Assembly: GCA_049700315.1 (NCBI GenBank)
Contig: JBNAVN010000008.1
Location: 1-61,786 of the forward strand
Direction: 5' to 3'
Length of the DNA stretch: 61,786 bases
Source of the DNA: a bacterium
GTDB taxonomy: Bacteria; Hydrothermota; Tepidihabitantia; SM23-42; JAOAFX01
Shown here: positions 48,039 through 56,024 of the stretch, piece by piece
Layout: each line of letters begins with the position of its first letter
Position numbering within the stretch: the stretch's first letter is position 1
Made by a program: the position numbers and the translations under genes
The notes under the pieces: model-generated
What the model saw: the letters and a program-made list of their open reading frames with translations, nothing else
Database searches by the model: none
What the model was told of the DNA's origin: nothing

Positions 48039-49121
48039 ATGCGTTTTAAATTCCTTGACTTTCTTAAAGCTTATGCAGTAATAATGATGATTCAGGGGCA
48101 TACAGTGAGTGCGGTCCTTGTCCCTGATGCAAAACAGACTCCATTATACCAGTTTTTGCATATCTTAAGGGGGCTCACTGCACCGGCATTTTTGATTGCA
48201 AGTGGTTGTAGCCTTGCATTCTCAATATGTAGAAAAAAAGGTCTAGAATGGCAGGATATTCTTAAAAAGAGAATACTCAGAATTTTGCCAATCTTAATCG
48301 CAGGATATTTCCTCCATCTACCCAGATTTTGCCTTTATCAATTATTAAGCCAGACACCGAAAGAAGAGATTGCACAATTCTTTCAGTGTGATATACTACA
48401 GACCATTGGTTATACAATTTTGATACTACAAATCTTTTTGCTTTTCATTAAAGAAAAAAGGATCATAATTCCATTATCTATAATTGGGGTTTTCCTGATT
48501 CTTTATTTTACACCATCACTTAATAACAGCATTTCCTCACCAAATTTTTTTTCTCAACTATTAACCCCGAAATTTGGTTCAGGTTTTCCTTTATTCCCTT
48601 TTTCTTCATACTTAATCTTTGGATTACTTTTTGGACTTATATTTTATGAGTTTAGAGAAAAGATTAGCCCTGGCCGATTAAACTTACTTGTATTAATTTC
48701 TGGCATTATCTTTTTTGTTTTTTCTTTCTTGAATAGAATAGAAGATTTCAATCTTTTTTATTTCCGTACAGGTATAATATTGATGTTGATCAGCCTTTTT
48801 TTACTCTTTGAAGGTAAAACAGGTAAGGTCTTAGATTTCTTTGTTTTGATTGGACAGGAATCTTTTTTGCTCTATTTTGTCCACATAATGATCGTTTATG
48901 GCTCGGTGCTCAATGTGAGAAATAATTTTGCTCAATATTTTGGCGAGTCATTGAATACTGGCTTGTGCATTTTGCTCGTAGTTTCTTTGATACTTTCTAT
49001 GCTGGCAATGGGCTATATATGGCATAATTTTAAGAATAAATATCCGCTCATAAGCAAAATACTACGGAATTGTATTATCGCATTAATCCTTGTAAGATTT
49101 CTGTTCAGTTTCAACGGATAA
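48039..49121 (+). CDS. DUF1624 / acyltransferase-3-like (HGSNAT-type) membrane protein
   Basis: FLDFLKAYAVIMMIQGHT, APAFL, DILQTIG, FPLFP, GQESFLLYFVH. Multi-pass membrane protein. Confidence 0.75.
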   Translation: MRFKFLDFLKAYAVIMMIQGHTVSAVLVPDAKQTPLYQFLHILRGLTAPAFLIASGCSLAFSICRKKGLEWQDILKKRILRILPILIAGYFLHLPRFCLYQLLSQTPKEEIAQFFQCDILQTIGYTILILQIFLLFIKEKRIIIPLSIIGVFLILYFTPSLNNSISSPNFFSQLLTPKFGSGFPLFPFSSYLIFGLLFGLIFYEFREKISPGRLNLLVLISGIIFFVFSFLNRIEDFNLFYFRTGIILMLISLFLLFEGKTGKVLDFFVLIGQESFLLYFVHIMIVYGSVLNVRNNFAQYFGESLNTGLCILLVVSLILSMLAMGYIWHNFKNKYPLISKILRNCIIALILVRFLFSFNG

Positions 49122-49259
49122 AACCCAGAGCAATAACGGCATAGGATTTAAGGCATGAGTTTTTTGGAAGAAGTTAGCTCACCAAATCTATAGGAACGAA
49201 TTCCCAACCCTGCAATTTTAGTGATTCATCAACCAGAAGCCTTTAGCGGGACGAATTAC

Positions 49260-50750
49260 CTATTTCAATAAAAGAACCTTTTCTGTTTTATTATGACCGT
49301 TAACTTCTAATTTCACAAAATAGATACCTGATGTGACAGGATTACCAGAATCATCTGTGCCATCCCAGACAACACTGGACATTTTATTCTTGATACCCTG
49401 AACTGGCTCAAAGGATTTTACACTGCGTCCAGAAACATCGTAAATTCTTAATGAAAATTCGGATTGCGCATGAGGGATTGTAAATTTGATGGTGGAGTAG
49501 TCTGAAAATGGATTAGGATAGATAGCCAACTGGAGATTAGAGAAAGCAGGATGTAGATTTGTGGCCTCTTCTATTCCTGTATATGACCTTGCACCAAGAT
49601 AAATCCGGCACGGTGTGGGTGTGCCATATAACAATGTCCAGTAAGGGTCATCATTATTATACATATGGGCAAGATAAACATAATAAGCACGCATTCTCAA
49701 GGTATCAATCCTCTTTGCAAGTTGTGGCACACCAGGATTATAATTTAAAGATTGGGTGCAATTCACCGGTTGTGCCCAGGTCACACCATTATCAGTTGAC
49801 CAGCCCATATAGAAATCCCACCAGGTGGAAGGTCCCCAACCCATATTCCTTGAACGACAGAAGAGAACTGCACAATAATTTCCACCTGTAGCAATCGTGG
49901 GATAAAAACATATTGTATCACGCACACTTGCAACCAACGCTGGTGCCACACCTGAGGCATATGAAACATATATTCGATAGGTGCTATCAGTATTAGAGAA
50001 GGCATCAAAGACAATCCTTGGTTCACCATTATCGGTCAATGCCATTTGCATATAACCAATACTCAGATTTGAGGATAAGGGTATTGACCATTGTTGAGGC
50101 GAAGACCAGTTTATACCGTCAATCGTGGTTCTGTAATAAAATAATGAATCAGAGAGGCTTTTATAAAAAACATAAAAAATACCACCATTACAATCACAGC
50201 CGATATAATAAGCATTCGTTGTTATTGTTCCGGCAAAAATTAATTGAGAGAGATTTTCATCCCATGTATAACCAATGATTGCATTGTTGGTTGTAACTCC
50301 AATAAAAACAATATTTGAATTTGGAAGTTGTTTGCCAATGACTTTTGTTGCATCCACATCACCATTTCCTACATCTACAGGATTGCCGGAGAGTAATTGC
50401 GCACCCATACCGCCCAATGCCCCTGATATCAAAAAGGGGAATGAAACATATAAATTTTGCCCCGCAATTGCGGTTGGATAACGGGCAGGACCAAGTTCTC
50501 CCTGATAGAGATTAGGTAATGGCATTTGACCCGAAAGATTCCCAGGAACCATAGTAGCATCAAGGTAGTTTGAAACTACGAAACCTCTATTGACAATAAG
50601 TATTGTATCCAGTAATGGACTATAACTGATGCTTTCGTGAATTTGGCCAAATAGTGTATAACCATTAGCACTTGAATCTACACAGATACGTATATCCTGG
50701 GCAAAACAGAGCCCAGCATATACTAATATTACACATAAAAATTTTTTCAT
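49260..50750 (-). CDS. secreted protein with BNR/Asp-box-like motifs and T9SS/FlgD-Ig-type CTD
   Basis: Signal peptide, TIDGINW and STDNGVTW motifs, GIEE...YPNPF...IYDVSGR...WDGTDDSG...SGIYF CTD. Confidence 0.82.
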   Translation of the reverse strand: MKKFLCVILVYAGLCFAQDIRICVDSSANGYTLFGQIHESISYSPLLDTILIVNRGFVVSNYLDATMVPGNLSGQMPLPNLYQGELGPARYPTAIAGQNLYVSFPFLISGALGGMGAQLLSGNPVDVGNGDVDATKVIGKQLPNSNIVFIGVTTNNAIIGYTWDENLSQLIFAGTITTNAYYIGCDCNGGIFYVFYKSLSDSLFYYRTTIDGINWSSPQQWSIPLSSNLSIGYMQMALTDNGEPRIVFDAFSNTDSTYRIYVSYASGVAPALVASVRDTICFYPTIATGGNYCAVLFCRSRNMGWGPSTWWDFYMGWSTDNGVTWAQPVNCTQSLNYNPGVPQLAKRIDTLRMRAYYVYLAHMYNNDDPYWTLLYGTPTPCRIYLGARSYTGIEEATNLHPAFSNLQLAIYPNPFSDYSTIKFTIPHAQSEFSLRIYDVSGRSVKSFEPVQGIKNKMSSVVWDGTDDSGNPVTSGIYFVKLEVNGHNKTEKVLLLK

Positions 50751-50751
50751 T

Positions 50752-52515
50752 TTAACCTCCTATTTTTAGCACTTTTTTTATGGCAGATGAACTGCCCATT
50801 TTAAAGAAAACAAAATAGACACCAGGTGGTAACTTGCCACCAAGACCATTCTCACCATCCCAGGTGATTTGGGCTGATTGTCTGATTCCGCCAATCAGCG
50901 TGGCGGACTTGTAGTCCCATTGTCTGACCAACCGGCCTGTCGCATCGTAGACCTTTAATGAGATTTCGGATTTCGGATTTCGGATTTCGGATTGAACTGG
51001 GATTTGGAATTTAATCACGCAGTGATTCTGGAATGGATTGGGATAGACCGATAATAATTGCGAATTGCGGATTGCGAATTGCGAATTTGTGGTTTCTTCA
51101 ATCCCGGTGCGACGCTTTATATAGAATGGTGGTGAGACAATGGAATCATAGCGGAGATAACCACTTACTGCAACCCAGAATTTAAATGCCATATTGCTCT
51201 GGGTGTCTGGCACAACAAAGGGACAGGTCGTATCCTGAGGCAAGCCCTGATAGATTTGCCAAGAGCCCATCAAAGGATGGGCAATATAGATTCTTAATGA
51301 TTCAAGGCTTACTGTCTCATCCAATTTCCAGAGCAGATTCACTGTATCATTTGCCCACAATGTATCATACTGGGCAGGATAAACCCAGGTAACAGAGGGC
51401 ATCTTTTCATAGATATATGTCTTTGCTGGTGGTGTAGAGCCCCAATTCCCACCAGAAACAACGATTTCTCCAAGACCATTCTGGTTTAAATCCGCAACAA
51501 GTAGAACACCATCGGTCAGGTCTCCATAATACCACCTGTCCCAGATAGAAACAAAAGAATCTGGACCAACACAATCCCAAACATTTAGCATCAAACTTCC
51601 GAATGTGACCATCTCATCAATCCCGTCGCCATCGACATCGCCACAAGCGATATCACCAAAAGATAACATGGATCCTAAAGGATAAATCTTCTGCCAAATT
51701 TTCTCATAACTATTATTTCCATTTGTTTCAAACATCGTAAAACTACAGTAGTTCGCAGTTTGTGTGCCAAAAATAAATTCAAGTCTACCATCCTGGTCCA
51801 TATCATTCCCTTTAGCACAAAATGAGGGGCTCCCAAAAAACAACGGATAGCTCCAGACTAAATAGAAACTATCAACACCGATTGCCACATTCTCAAATGC
51901 AAACACCTCGTCACCATAGGTTCCTCCACAAATAATTTCTAACAAGGAATCGCCATCAAAATCATCAATAACTATCTCCCAGGGACTTCCGTTAGGTGGG
52001 TAAAGGGAATCAACACGAACATACTGATTGTCTTGTAAGTTTTCAAAATTGAACAAACCCGCGGGCCAAATTGAAGCGATGAGATTCGTTTTGCCATCCT
52101 GGTCAAAATCTATAAATACTGGTGTCCCAATGGAATATGCTTGTTCAGTATCTGGCATAGGGTAATTCCAAACCAGGGAATCGGGATAATTATTTAGACT
52201 TCTGCTCTCCCAAATTCCGATTGCCTGACCATAAGGAGCAGATTGTCCATAGCCATCACTAAGCGAATCATCGTCTCCATCTCCAATCCCAACGATGCGA
52301 ACATTAAATAATCTTGTTTCACTATACTGATTATTCCCAATATGTTCATAAACCATTGTCCCAGTATCACAGGGAGATAAAATAAAAAGCTCCGGAATTC
52401 CATCGTGGTCTGCATCGAAAGTGAAAGGCGGACAGACAGAAAATGTTCCACACGGGAAATAGGCAGTCTGTTTAAAGTTTGCCGTGAACAGAAAAAGGAA
52501 AGAGATAAGTGCCAT
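50752..52515 (-). CDS. secreted FG-GAP/VCBS-repeat protein with T9SS/FlgD-Ig-type CTD
   Basis: Start MALISF (52515, GGAGG RBS). Seven DxDxDG-type motifs (DADHDG, DGDDDS, DFDQDG, DFDGDS, DMDQDG, DVDGDG, DLNQNG) and a CTD. Confidence 0.85.
   Translation of the reverse strand: MALISFLFLFTANFKQTAYFPCGTFSVCPPFTFDADHDGIPELFILSPCDTGTMVYEHIGNNQYSETRLFNVRIVGIGDGDDDSLSDGYGQSAPYGQAIGIWESRSLNNYPDSLVWNYPMPDTEQAYSIGTPVFIDFDQDGKTNLIASIWPAGLFNFENLQDNQYVRVDSLYPPNGSPWEIVIDDFDGDSLLEIICGGTYGDEVFAFENVAIGVDSFYLVWSYPLFFGSPSFCAKGNDMDQDGRLEFIFGTQTANYCSFTMFETNGNNSYEKIWQKIYPLGSMLSFGDIACGDVDGDGIDEMVTFGSLMLNVWDCVGPDSFVSIWDRWYYGDLTDGVLLVADLNQNGLGEIVVSGGNWGSTPPAKTYIYEKMPSVTWVYPAQYDTLWANDTVNLLWKLDETVSLESLRIYIAHPLMGSWQIYQGLPQDTTCPFVVPDTQSNMAFKFWVAVSGYLRYDSIVSPPFYIKRRTGIEETTNSQFAIRNSQLLSVYPNPFQNHCVIKFQIPVQSEIRNPKSEISLKVYDATGRLVRQWDYKSATLIGGIRQSAQITWDGENGLGGKLPPGVYFVFFKMGSSSAIKKVLKIGG
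50887..50907. repeat. short palindrome inserted in-frame in a CTD
   Basis: TCCGCCA-N7-TGGCGGA encodes SATLIGG where the paralogous CTD (52580 gene) has a single T. Confidence 0.7.
50962..50993. repeat. heptamer tandem repeat (GATTTCG)4.5 inside a CTD
   Basis: Four perfect copies plus a partial copy, encoding QSEIRNPKSEI. Confidence 0.9.
51056..51087. repeat. heptamer tandem repeat (AATTGCG)4.5 at the CTD linker
   Basis: AATTGCG AATTGCG GATTGCG AATTGCG AATT, encoding NSQFAIRNSQL. Confidence 0.88.
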
Positions 52516-52533
52516 ATGCACCTCCGAAGGATA

Positions 52534-52572
52534 TGGTGGGAGAACCAATACGCTGGTTTGGTTCTCCCACCA
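52534..52572. repeat. perfect 15-bp intergenic hairpin
   Basis: TGGTGGGAGAACCAA-9 nt-TTGGTTCTCCCACCA between the 52580 stop and the 52515 RBS, with no U tract on the coding strand. Confidence 0.8.
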
Positions 52573-52579
52573 AATTTTG

Positions 52580-55444
52580 TTATCTTATGAGAATCAGTTT
52601 CTGGGTCAGGCGGTCTTTACCGTTTTCAAGGACAACGAAGTAAATGCCGTTGGAGAGGGTTCGTCCATTATCGTCATCTGTATTCCAGACAATTTGGTCT
52701 GATTGTCTGATGGTCTTGTAGTCCCATTGTCTGACTAATCTGCCAGAAGCATCATAGATTTTGAGAATCGCAGAAGATTGATTGGGTAGAGCATAACGAA
52801 TCATTGCCCGGGAATAGCAAGGATTAGGACTTACAGAAAGAGCAAATTGATTTGCAGGCAAAATCCCTGATTCTTGCGTATTTTTTGTAATCTCGGCATT
52901 TTCCCTTTCGTATTCGTAGATGAATATCTGGGAAACAAGGGCATAATCACCAATTATCTTTTTGATATTGAGATAGATTTCACCATCCTTATAACAGGCA
53001 GTTGGTAGCCATCGCTCAAGGGTTGTTATTTCACCAGGCTTTATCCAGAGATTTGAATGGAAGATATTGTCTGCATCAATCTTCATCTTCCAGTGATTCT
53101 GGCTCTGGGATTCAAAATAGAACACGAGTTTTATTCTATAGCGTTTTTGCGGATTTAGATTTGGAAAGTGATAGATTAATTTCTGAGAATGATAATCAAT
53201 CGTCTTTTCTGGTTCAGGACCAAACTGGATATAGCCTTCCCTTTGCACTGTCCAGGGACTCGGCTCTTCTTTTCCTGCATCAACATAATAATAGGAAATC
53301 TCAGGAAGCACCACAGTCTTTGCCCTTATTTCATAAGGCGCTTGATTCCCTTCGGTCCAGATTGCGGTGAGTTTTGGCTCATACGGAGGTGGCCAATATG
53401 GAGAGCGTGTCACAGCGCCGTGTGAGTATTTTGACATCTCAAGGGTCTGGGAAAGAATCTGGTAGCCTTCGTATTCCATATCCTTATAACAGATTTCCCA
53501 GTTGTTATCAGTTGGTGGCCAGATAAATTCGCTCCAGGTAATCCAGGTCGTGCCTTTACAGATTTGCGGCCATTGGGACTTGCCAGGGGTATTGCTCAGA
53601 TTATTTCGGGAATGAGGAATATCAGCTATTTCGTAGGCTCCATAGATTTCAATATTATTTGTCGTTGAATCCTCCCATACATAGTTTATCACCCCGTTTG
53701 CCTGGACATCAACAAAAGGATGGTGAGAAAATCTGCCATCTTCAGAGACCCGAATTCTATTAACAATCTGGTGATTTATTTTATCCCATTTTATCCTGTA
53801 GATTTTGTGCTCTCTCTGGAATGCGATATATAGATAATTGCCACCCTGACTGATTGAAGGGAATTCGCAGCGAATTGATGACCAAGTAGACTCTAACTGC
53901 CATAGTTCAAAATCTGATGGATTATTTATTGAGAATTTCCCGAGGTAAAGGACAGATGCCGGTCCGTTCATTCCAAAGTATATTACTTCAAAAGTTACAA
54001 AGCCGTAGTCTGCTGCTGGATCAACAATAAAACTGGGTGCGTTAAATTCAGCGCCAAAGGACCCAGAAGTTGAAAATAGGAGGAATGGTTCGGACCAAGA
54101 TTCTCCATCATATTTTGACAACCATAATTCACCACCAGGGTATGGAAAATCATGTTTATTTCTCTGCCAGATTGCACAGGGACCTCCGCTGGCATCAGTC
54201 GCTAAGCATGAATAGTCACCGTATCCCAACATTTTGCCTTTACGCCAGGTTTTTCCACGATCTTCTGAAATATTGGCAAAGATGCACTCACTTCGTCGGT
54301 AAACCATAACAAATTTTTGAGAACTTAGGATACACAGGAGTTTTGGTGATTGAAAGGCAAGAGATGTCGCAATTTCGGATTCAATCAAAGGGGATGGAAC
54401 AAGAGCAGCGATATTCGGCCTTGTTTCTGCCACCGGTAAGCCACTCGCCCGCATTAACCACGCGTCTCCTCTGCTTGTGCTTCTATATACCCGTGAGAAA
54501 AATTGAGGGAATCTACTTTCATATCCGCCTGCAAATACTACCTGTGGGCAGCTTGGGTCGATACATATAGAATTTGTGAATAAACTACCAGGAGTTATAT
54601 TGATCCAGGTATTTCCCCAATCACTACTTCTTACTAAGCCCGGTTCACCATTTTCTGATATTCCCACATATATATAGTTTGCGGCTTCCGGGTCTATCTC
54701 TATTGGAAGAGGACTAACCAAATTCAAAATTCGTTCCCAGGTTCCCGGTTCTCCGCTCTGTTGAGATTTCCATACTGCTCCTTCAGATGCATCCTGACTG
54801 AAATACACAATTCGAGAGTTTGATGGATCTACTGCAATATCTCTTCCAATTGTATAAGGGGTAAGGGTAAATACAATATTCCAGTTTTCGCCGCCATCAA
54901 TTGAACGCCAAACTGCTGCACATGGTATGCCTCCCAGAGAAAATATAGAACCGCTTGCAAACATTGTATCAGGTTCTGTGTTAGAAATCGCTAAGCGATA
55001 TATCTGGGCTTGCGGAAATGTATACACGAGTTGCCAGTTGTCTCCGTAATTACTGCTTCTATACAATTCTGAATAACTCTCAGGCCAGGCATTTCGGACT
55101 GCAAACATTTTTTCTTGATTGACTGGATGTGATAAAACGGTGCTAAATGATTCGCTAGTTGGCAGATTCTGTAATATTTCCCAGTATGCACCGTAATCTT
55201 TTGACCTTAAAATATTACCACCATCATCCGTAGCGCAAGCAGCAAAAAGATAATATCCGTCAGGGGTTCTACTTATTGACATATCATTCACCTTGGTTGT
55301 AGATGGTAATTCTAAACACTTTATCCAATCCTTACCCTCGTTAATTGTTTTATATATACCGCTACATTCAACTGCTCCATAGTATGTTACTCCGCAAATC
55401 CCAATTACAAAATTCGTTAATATAGTTAAGAACACTTTCTTCAT
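52580..55444 (-). CDS. large secreted BNR/Asp-box beta-propeller protein with T9SS/FlgD-Ig-type CTD
   Basis: Start MKKVFL (55444, AGGAGG RBS). Repeated SxDxGxxW motifs (SKDYGAYW, SIDGGENW, SSDWGNTW, SEDRGKTW), CTD SPNP...GIYF. Confidence 0.85.
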   Translation of the reverse strand: MKKVFLTILTNFVIGICGVTYYGAVECSGIYKTINEGKDWIKCLELPSTTKVNDMSISRTPDGYYLFAACATDDGGNILRSKDYGAYWEILQNLPTSESFSTVLSHPVNQEKMFAVRNAWPESYSELYRSSNYGDNWQLVYTFPQAQIYRLAISNTEPDTMFASGSIFSLGGIPCAAVWRSIDGGENWNIVFTLTPYTIGRDIAVDPSNSRIVYFSQDASEGAVWKSQQSGEPGTWERILNLVSPLPIEIDPEAANYIYVGISENGEPGLVRSSDWGNTWINITPGSLFTNSICIDPSCPQVVFAGGYESRFPQFFSRVYRSTSRGDAWLMRASGLPVAETRPNIAALVPSPLIESEIATSLAFQSPKLLCILSSQKFVMVYRRSECIFANISEDRGKTWRKGKMLGYGDYSCLATDASGGPCAIWQRNKHDFPYPGGELWLSKYDGESWSEPFLLFSTSGSFGAEFNAPSFIVDPAADYGFVTFEVIYFGMNGPASVLYLGKFSINNPSDFELWQLESTWSSIRCEFPSISQGGNYLYIAFQREHKIYRIKWDKINHQIVNRIRVSEDGRFSHHPFVDVQANGVINYVWEDSTTNNIEIYGAYEIADIPHSRNNLSNTPGKSQWPQICKGTTWITWSEFIWPPTDNNWEICYKDMEYEGYQILSQTLEMSKYSHGAVTRSPYWPPPYEPKLTAIWTEGNQAPYEIRAKTVVLPEISYYYVDAGKEEPSPWTVQREGYIQFGPEPEKTIDYHSQKLIYHFPNLNPQKRYRIKLVFYFESQSQNHWKMKIDADNIFHSNLWIKPGEITTLERWLPTACYKDGEIYLNIKKIIGDYALVSQIFIYEYERENAEITKNTQESGILPANQFALSVSPNPCYSRAMIRYALPNQSSAILKIYDASGRLVRQWDYKTIRQSDQIVWNTDDDNGRTLSNGIYFVVLENGKDRLTQKLILIR

Positions 55445-55463
55445 TTTATCCTCCTTTTTATCC

Positions 55464-55698
55464 AGCCCGAAGGCTAAGGATATCACGGGAATAAATTCCC
55501 TACTCCTTTTTGGAGTAGATTTCACGGGACTGAAATCCCTAATTTATAGCAAACCTGAAGGTTTGCCCTACATTTATTTTGCAACAGCAAGCTGTTGCAC
55601 TCCTAATTTTATTACATTTCTGGCACTATATTTTTCTGCTCCGGTGCTGCAGGATTGGTTGCAAGGCTAAAGCCTTGCCCTACATCCTGCCCGGAGCA
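55464..55698. repeat. cluster of GTAG/GGAG-type REP-like palindromes
   Basis: Minus-strand GTAGGGCAAGGCTTTAGCCTTGC (55661-55683), GTAGGGCAAACCTTCAGGTTTGC (55549-55571), GGAGTGCAACAGCTTGCTGTTGC (55581-55603) and GGAGTAGGGAATTTATTCCC (55487-55506), plus an outer stem 55637-55698. Confidence 0.8.
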
Positions 55699-55817
55699 TT
55701 TCAAACAAACCTTACAAACTCCGCATAGAAAATGCCAAAAGAATCTTTATTAAAATCGGCATAAATAAAATGCCGCTGATTATTTTCTTCAAGACAACGC
55801 GCCTCCCGGCTATTTGA

Positions 55818-55853
55818 ATAAGATAAGATAAGATAAGATAAGATAAGATAAGA
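55818..55853. repeat. pentanucleotide simple sequence repeat (ATAAG)7
   Basis: Seven perfect copies, just downstream of a minus-strand promoter. Confidence 0.95.
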
Positions 55854-55873
55854 CATACTCAATCCCTAAATAT

Positions 55874-55901
55874 ATTATAATCATCTTTTTTAAAAAGTCA
55901 A
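55874..55901 (-). promoter_or_regulatory. promoter of the secreted-protein cluster
   Basis: Minus strand TTGACT-16 bp-TATAAT, about 430 nt upstream of the 55444 start. Confidence 0.7.
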
Positions 55902-55991
55902 GGGTTAAGTGTTTTTTTGCCGGGAAGATTTCTTTTGGCGGACTGTGATGGTCATACTTGTCTGCCGCATTAATGATCTTTTTATCCAATA

Positions 55992-56019
55992 TTGACGAAT
56001 AAAGCCTTTTGAATATAAT
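55992..56019 (+). promoter_or_regulatory. promoter of the TonB-dependent receptor, probably leaderless
   Basis: TTGACG-16 bp-TATAAT, 5 nt before GTG 56025. Confidence 0.7.
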
Positions 56020-56024
56020 TTTCT

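Noticed and set aside
55445-55525. N-terminal extension MKSTPKRS... given by the ORF track
   Set aside because: It is translated REP-like DNA. The signal peptide and AGGAGG RBS indicate a start at 55444.
55464-55853. CRISPR array
   Set aside because: The palindromes differ from each other and are irregularly spaced, the pentamer tract has no spacers, and there are no cas genes.
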